30,626 bases of DNA, from the IMG/VR virus record IMGVR_UViG_3300031519_003965, positions 1-30,626 of that record; one strand, given 5' to 3'. Below are positions 26,716 through 30,626 of this stretch, in pieces; the first letter of the stretch is position 1; the number at the start of each line of letters is the position of its first letter. Both the position numbers and the translations under genes were made by a program. The DNA is from a virus. Taxonomy: Duplodnaviria > Caudoviricetes. Below the pieces are notes generated by a model, which saw nothing but the letters and a program-made list of their open reading frames with translations, searched no databases and was not told the origin of the DNA.

Positions 26716-27056
26716 TAATCTTCAACCACGCAAACTTCCCAAGGCTCAAAGGCTTGTAGTTCATCATCACCATAGTATTCTAATGACCAAGTTGTTCTAG
26801 CCTCCCATTTGTTGGTAAATATTCCACGATCCCTAAGATCGGCAAAAAGCTCATAGAACCTAGTACCCCTTTTTTGAACGACAGAGCTTCCAAAATCACT
26901 ACATACTTTATATGAGTTATGTAACTTCTGCTGTGCTTCTACAAATCTGCAAACATAATGCCTGTCATCCCATGAAATTGGTATGACTTGATTCTTTGAA
27001 CACATCCCATGCCTTGACATATCCCCATCAATAGATACTAAACATAAGCCAATCAT
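26715..27056 (-). CDS. Hypothetical protein
   Basis: 113-aa ORF coupled on both sides. Confidence 0.6.
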   Translation of the reverse strand: MIGLCLVSIDGDMSRHGMCSKNQVIPISWDDRHYVCRFVEAQQKLHNSYKVCSDFGSSVVQKRGTRFYELFADLRDRGIFTNKWEARTTWSLEYYGDDELQAFEPWEVCVVED

Positions 27057-27277
27057 TGGTCGTCACCATACATATCCTCTGCCAAATCTTGAGCATCTAT
27101 CCAAGCACCCACGGACAATGCAAATATAGACCTTCTCATAATATCCAGATCTATCTTTCCATTAACAACCTCTTCTATGAAAACGGTTGGCGATTGAAAA
27201 TTAAAATGATCTAGCCAATAAATAACATCCATGCTGTCAAGTTGTAGTAATTTTTTTTCGTTAAGTTCTATACTCAT
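27053..27277 (-). CDS. Hypothetical acidic protein (probable start 27277, not 27340)
   Basis: AAGGGG SD before ATG 27277; the upstream TTG start in the track coincides with a promoter -35. Confidence 0.65.
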   Translation of the reverse strand: MSIELNEKKLLQLDSMDVIYWLDHFNFQSPTVFIEEVVNGKIDLDIMRRSIFALSVGAWIDAQDLAEDMYGDDQ

Positions 27278-27311
27278 TTGTTTCCCCTTATGTATGTAAT
27301 GAATGTTTACA

Positions 27312-27340
27312 ATATTAAATGAATGATGGCTCTTAGTCAA
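27312..27340 (-). promoter_or_regulatory. Leftward sigma70-type promoter
   Basis: Minus strand TTGACT (27340-27335), 17 nt, TAATAT (27317-27312). Confidence 0.65.
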
Positions 27341-27393
27341 TGCAATATTGTTTTATTTCTTAATTAATGTATCTTTAGAACATTATCAATAGA

Positions 27394-27681
27394 ATGTTTT
27401 ATATAAACAACATGGAAACATCTGGAATAGAAATGCGTATGGCAAACCTTGAAAAAAACATGGACGAGGTGTTGTCTTTTGTTCGTCACATTCCAGTGCT
27501 TGAGGAAAGAGTAAGTCTTTCATTAACTCAGTCCTCAGATCACGAGGTAAGATTAAGAAACCTTGAGTCATCTCAGATGAGAGATAATGTCCACGCAAAA
27601 TGGAGCGAGAGAATCATTGGCGGTGTAGTTATTGGTTCGATTATAGGAATAGGCGGAGTCGTAGCTAATTATGTTCTTTAA
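27394..27681 (+). CDS. Coiled-coil + C-terminal TM protein, holin/XhlA-like (start uncertain)
   Basis: DHEVRLRNLE coiled coil followed by IIGGVVIGSIIGIGGVVANYVL; directly upstream of the putative endolysin. Confidence 0.55.
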   Translation: MFYINNMETSGIEMRMANLEKNMDEVLSFVRHIPVLEERVSLSLTQSSDHEVRLRNLESSQMRDNVHAKWSERIIGGVVIGSIIGIGGVVANYVL

Positions 27682-28099
27682 TAAAAAAACTCCGGGTGCT
27701 ACCCTTGAAAGGATTGCCTATCTACCACAAGGTACTTTGGGTAAATTAACTATAGAAGGAGAAGTCTTCTGGACTGCTGAACGTCCTTGGAGAAACAACC
27801 AACAAGAGGTGAGCTGCATACCTAATGGTGAATACACCTGTAAAGCATACACATCAAAAAGATTTGGCGAAACATTTGAAGTAACTGATGTTGAGAATAG
27901 AACTTATATACTATTCCATGTTGGCAACTTCCCAGAAAAAGATTCTCATGGGTGCATACTCGTTGGGGAAAAACTGATGGACAACCAACCTGCCGTATCA
28001 TCTAGCAAGGTGGCTATGGGTAGGTTTAGAGAAACTCTAAAAGATGTCGAAAGTTTCCAAATCACAATTAAAGACACAACCCCATACGACTGGTCATAA
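27671..28099 (+). CDS. DUF5675-family protein, putative L,D-peptidase-like endolysin
   Basis: TLGKL......TAERPW..N....SCIP.G.Y, V.NRTYILFHVGN...DSHGCILVG and SSK.A. Confidence 0.8.
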   Translation: MFFNKKTPGATLERIAYLPQGTLGKLTIEGEVFWTAERPWRNNQQEVSCIPNGEYTCKAYTSKRFGETFEVTDVENRTYILFHVGNFPEKDSHGCILVGEKLMDNQPAVSSSKVAMGRFRETLKDVESFQITIKDTTPYDWS

Positions 28100-28553
28100 G
28101 ACTAGGGTCTGTAGGTCTTGTGATAAACGCAAGGCGATCACTCGCTACGAATTAAAGAACAATCGTTGGAGATCAAGGGAATGTATGGACTGCCGTTCCG
28201 CGGGGAGAAGAAAAAGACTCAGCAACAGTCCGCATCTATATATAAGCAACCTATACACTCATTTATCACATAGACGAAAAGCAACCCACGTCTTTAATAT
28301 AACAAGGGAATACCTTTATAAGTTATACGATAAACAAAAAGGAATCTGTGAATACAGTGGAGTACCTATGACGAATGTTAAGGATGGAACCGGGTATCAT
28401 TTAAAAAACATTTCAATAGACCGCATTGACAACACTAAGGGTTACGAGGAGGGTAACATTGCCCTAGTGTGTCTAGCAGTAAACATGATGAAATACACTT
28501 TGGATCTTAAAGACCTTGTTGCTTGGTGCAACGAGATATCTAAAAACAATTAG
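28044..28553 (+). CDS. Zn-finger + HNH-like endonuclease
   Basis: N-terminal CRSC...CMDC; C-terminal Q.GICEYSG..M...ISIDRIDNTKGYEEGNI.LVC..VN.MK. Confidence 0.75.
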   Translation: MSKVSKSQLKTQPHTTGHKTRVCRSCDKRKAITRYELKNNRWRSRECMDCRSAGRRKRLSNSPHLYISNLYTHLSHRRKATHVFNITREYLYKLYDKQKGICEYSGVPMTNVKDGTGYHLKNISIDRIDNTKGYEEGNIALVCLAVNMMKYTLDLKDLVAWCNEISKNN

Positions 28554-29638
28554 GCTTCCATATTCCCAAGGATGTGTGCGATTACTTCAATAGTCCATCC
28601 ATTGCCTAAAAGTTTATATTTTTGCGTGTTACTAACAGGCATAAGATAATCATCTTGAACTGTTTGCAATCTCATACATTCTAAAGGCGTTAGCTTTCTC
28701 CAATAAACATCATCCTTAACTAACACATTATCCTTTTGAACTGTTGATATGTTATTTGTTTTGTCGTCCCTTCTCAGTTCAAGCATCTGTGTAGACTTTC
28801 CTGCAATAGAACCCTTGTGGTCTTGTCGTACTCCATCCACCTTATACCTTCCAACATATCTGCCACAAATCACCTTGGGTTCTCTATTGCCACCTTGACA
28901 AGTGTTTACTGTTGGAGACTTTCCGTCTGGGCTATAGACCCTCTTCAAAATATCATGACCATTGACATCAACAGCAGTTCCTATTTGTTGTGGAACTAAA
29001 GTCATTCCATTGTTCCCTGCCCCCTTATACATGGTGGCGGTCATGCACAAAGACTTATCACCTAATTTTTTAAGATGTCTTGCGTTCCTTTCTGTTCTCT
29101 TTACAGGTTTGTGTTCTCCTGTGTCGCCCTCTAGGATATCTCTTAGAACAATTCCCCTTTCTTGTGGAAGTTCCACATTAGGAATATTAGTCCAATAATA
29201 TCTTTGCCTCGACTGTGCAGAGACAAGCGAACTATTTATAAAGAGGGGTTCTACTCCCATGTATTCAGAGATAACATCTAGGTACTCCTTTTTCATTCTT
29301 ACATTTTCAAGTAAGAAGTATTTAGGTTTTAATGTCTCAACACATTTAACAAACTCAAAAAATAACATGGATCTGGGGTCGTCAAAGGCTAGTTGTTTCC
29401 CTGCAAAACTGAATCCTTGACATGGAGAGCCTCCCATTATTAGATCAATCTTTGGTAAGGTTGAGAGATCGAGCTTTGTAATGTCCCCAACTTGAATAAT
29501 TTCCGGGTAGTTAGCCTTGCTTACTTCAATGGCATATTTATCTATCTCACTTGCATAATAGTTATCTACTTTAATACCTAAGCGGTCTAGGGCTATCCTT
29601 CCACAACTCATTCCATCAAATAAACTTAATACATTCAT
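28550..29638 (-). CDS. DNA (cytosine-5)-methyltransferase
   Basis: Motif I SLFDGMSCG, IV GGSPCQGFS, VI LLENV, VIII QSRQRYYW, IX RKLTPLECMRLQ and X LGNGW. Confidence 0.95.
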   Translation of the reverse strand: MNVLSLFDGMSCGRIALDRLGIKVDNYYASEIDKYAIEVSKANYPEIIQVGDITKLDLSTLPKIDLIMGGSPCQGFSFAGKQLAFDDPRSMLFFEFVKCVETLKPKYFLLENVRMKKEYLDVISEYMGVEPLFINSSLVSAQSRQRYYWTNIPNVELPQERGIVLRDILEGDTGEHKPVKRTERNARHLKKLGDKSLCMTATMYKGAGNNGMTLVPQQIGTAVDVNGHDILKRVYSPDGKSPTVNTCQGGNREPKVICGRYVGRYKVDGVRQDHKGSIAGKSTQMLELRRDDKTNNISTVQKDNVLVKDDVYWRKLTPLECMRLQTVQDDYLMPVSNTQKYKLLGNGWTIEVIAHILGNMEA

Positions 29639-29799
29639 GTCAATCTTTCCTTTTGATATGTTTCTCTTAATTGTGTTACCTTAACTTTGATTATCTCATT
29701 TGTCTCCTCATCTAGGAAATCCACCCTAGTCCTTTTAAGGTCTTTGATATCACCCCTAACATAACCAAATATAGTTGTCCCTTTAATTTGTACTCTCAT
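29635..29799 (-). CDS. Small hypothetical protein (54 aa, not in ORF track)
   Basis: MRVQIKGTTIFGYVRGDIKDLKRTRVDFLDEETNEIIKVKVTQLRETYQKERLT*; starts in a junction repeat; ATGA overlap with the MTase. Confidence 0.7.
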   Translation of the reverse strand: MRVQIKGTTIFGYVRGDIKDLKRTRVDFLDEETNEIIKVKVTQLRETYQKERLT

Positions 29800-29811
29800 T
29801 AGTCTTGCTCC

Positions 29812-29991
29812 TTATATTTCGTTTGTTTTTATTTTCTTGCCATCTAAATAATATTCATATTTTATTTTCCATGTATGGTTAGATAGTATGTCGTCTATCG
29901 TTCCTTCAGAATAAAGATTATCTAACTCTTTAAGGTCTTTAACCTCTGCATTTCCACAATTTACAGTAGTTCTTTTAATTTCAATTACCAT
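29812..29991 (-). CDS. Small hypothetical protein (59 aa, not in ORF track)
   Basis: MVIEIKRTTVNCGNAEVKDLKELDNLYSEGTIDDILSNHTWKIKYEYYLDGKKIKTNEI*; bounded by repeats. Confidence 0.65.
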   Translation of the reverse strand: MVIEIKRTTVNCGNAEVKDLKELDNLYSEGTIDDILSNHTWKIKYEYYLDGKKIKTNEI

Positions 29992-30169
29992 TGTCTTGCT
30001 CCTCTAACATGTCCCATTCATCATCTCCATATACATCAAGCGAAGAAATATATTTATGATTGCCTTTGTATAGTTGTTCTTCTATATATTCGTTAGCTTG
30101 TTCTTGTGATTCAGCAAATAGATGATAAGTTCCCTCAACCTCTACTGTATATTGTTTTTCTTTACTCAT
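29981..30169 (-). CDS. Small acidic hypothetical protein
   Basis: 62 aa with YTVEV....LFAESQEQA motif; starts in a junction repeat. Confidence 0.7.
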   Translation of the reverse strand: MSKEKQYTVEVEGTYHLFAESQEQANEYIEEQLYKGNHKYISSLDVYGDDEWDMLEEQDNGN

Positions 30170-30471
30170 TAGTCTTGCTCCTCTGCTTCAACATGGGTTG
30201 TATGGTCAGATGATTCCCAATCTTGTTCTTCTTGATGTCCCTTTTCTTCTGCATCCTCCCAATCAGTAGCCATGACATAACAGTATTCGTATGTCGTTGT
30301 TGTTCTTTTTAAACAAAACTCTTTCAATTCTTTTTTATCTGAATTCATTTGCTCCTCCTTTTCAATGTGTTTGTCATCCAATGCTATTGGTATGATATTG
30401 TTTGTTTTCTGGGCTTCTCTAATAGACTTCATGTGTCTCTCATGCCTTGCATAATTACCTTCATTGTTCAT
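30169..30471 (-). CDS. Hypothetical protein (probable start 30471; internal in-frame start at 30348)
   Basis: ATG 30471 overlaps the previous stop (ATGA); internal AAGGAGGAGCAAATG; ends EEQD* within a repeat. Confidence 0.65.
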   Translation of the reverse strand: MNNEGNYARHERHMKSIREAQKTNNIIPIALDDKHIEKEEQMNSDKKELKEFCLKRTTTTYEYCYVMATDWEDAEEKGHQEEQDWESSDHTTHVEAEEQD

Positions 30472-30611
30472 TTTTTTACCTCTAATATGTAACATCTTTT
30501 ACCTTCTTCTTCTCCCTCTTCCATTTCTTTGAAATCCTTGGGTTCGCTTCTGTAAGCATTTACATCAGTCACAGTCCCCCAAAATTCTTCTACTACTACA
30601 AATATTTTCAT
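30468..30611 (-). CDS. Small acidic hypothetical protein (47 aa, not in ORF track)
   Basis: MKIFVVVEEFWGTVTDVNAYRSEPKDFKEMEEGEEEGKRCYILEVKK*; starts in a junction repeat. Confidence 0.65.
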   Translation of the reverse strand: MKIFVVVEEFWGTVTDVNAYRSEPKDFKEMEEGEEEGKRCYILEVKK

Positions 30612-30626
30612 TAGTCTTGCTCCTTT

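Larger units (their letters stand above)
29797..30624 (-). repeat. Dispersed gene-junction repeat AGGAGCAAGACTAATG (3 exact copies, 2 variants)
   Basis: Plus-strand cattagtcttgctcct begins at 29797, 30167 and 30609; variant cattgtcttgctcct at 29989; variant catttgctcct at 30346. Each ends on a start ATG on the minus strand. Confidence 0.9.

Noticed and set aside
29797-30624. Junction repeats as a CRISPR or mini-CRISPR array
   Set aside because: The repeat is only 16 bp, the intervals are irregular and long (roughly 180-260 bp) and contain ORFs, and there are no cas genes.

Overview
About 30.6 kb of an AT-rich tailed dsDNA phage or prophage, probably marine and probably infecting a proteobacterium (both are inferences). 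From left to right: (i) a translationally coupled accessory module of a secreted curlin-like beta-solenoid protein, a FecR-domain protein and a CHASE2-transmembrane class III adenylate cyclase (69-3563); (ii) a 3TM holin-like gene and a podovirus-type virion module whose order and motifs resemble, from memory, Stx phages 933W/phi24B (nozzle, FN3/DUF1983 central fibre, GNAT-like protein, ejection proteins, 1842-aa LPD38-like protein; 3569-17375); (iii) a leftward early arm with ERF, YqaJ exonuclease, SSB-like protein, two unannotated ribbon-helix-helix genes, DUF1289, a PD-(D/E)xK nuclease and a short tyrosine recombinase (17434-21913); (iv) a rightward replication arm with an HTH initiator carrying internal iterons, DnaB, a Ref-like HNH, DUF3310 and a cluster of very basic small proteins (22015-26562), with no cI/cro at the divergence point; (v) a stand-alone NrdR-like Zn ribbon, a lysis-type pair, an HNH-like nuclease, a C5 DNA methyltransferase and an array of small genes joined by a repeated AGGAGCAAGACTAATG junction. 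The best candidate for an undescribed system is the curlin/FecR/CHASE2-cyclase trans-envelope signalling module. Also notable are window-wide CCWGG avoidance and the junction-repeat gene array. Family assignments come from motif recognition by eye; no searches were run.
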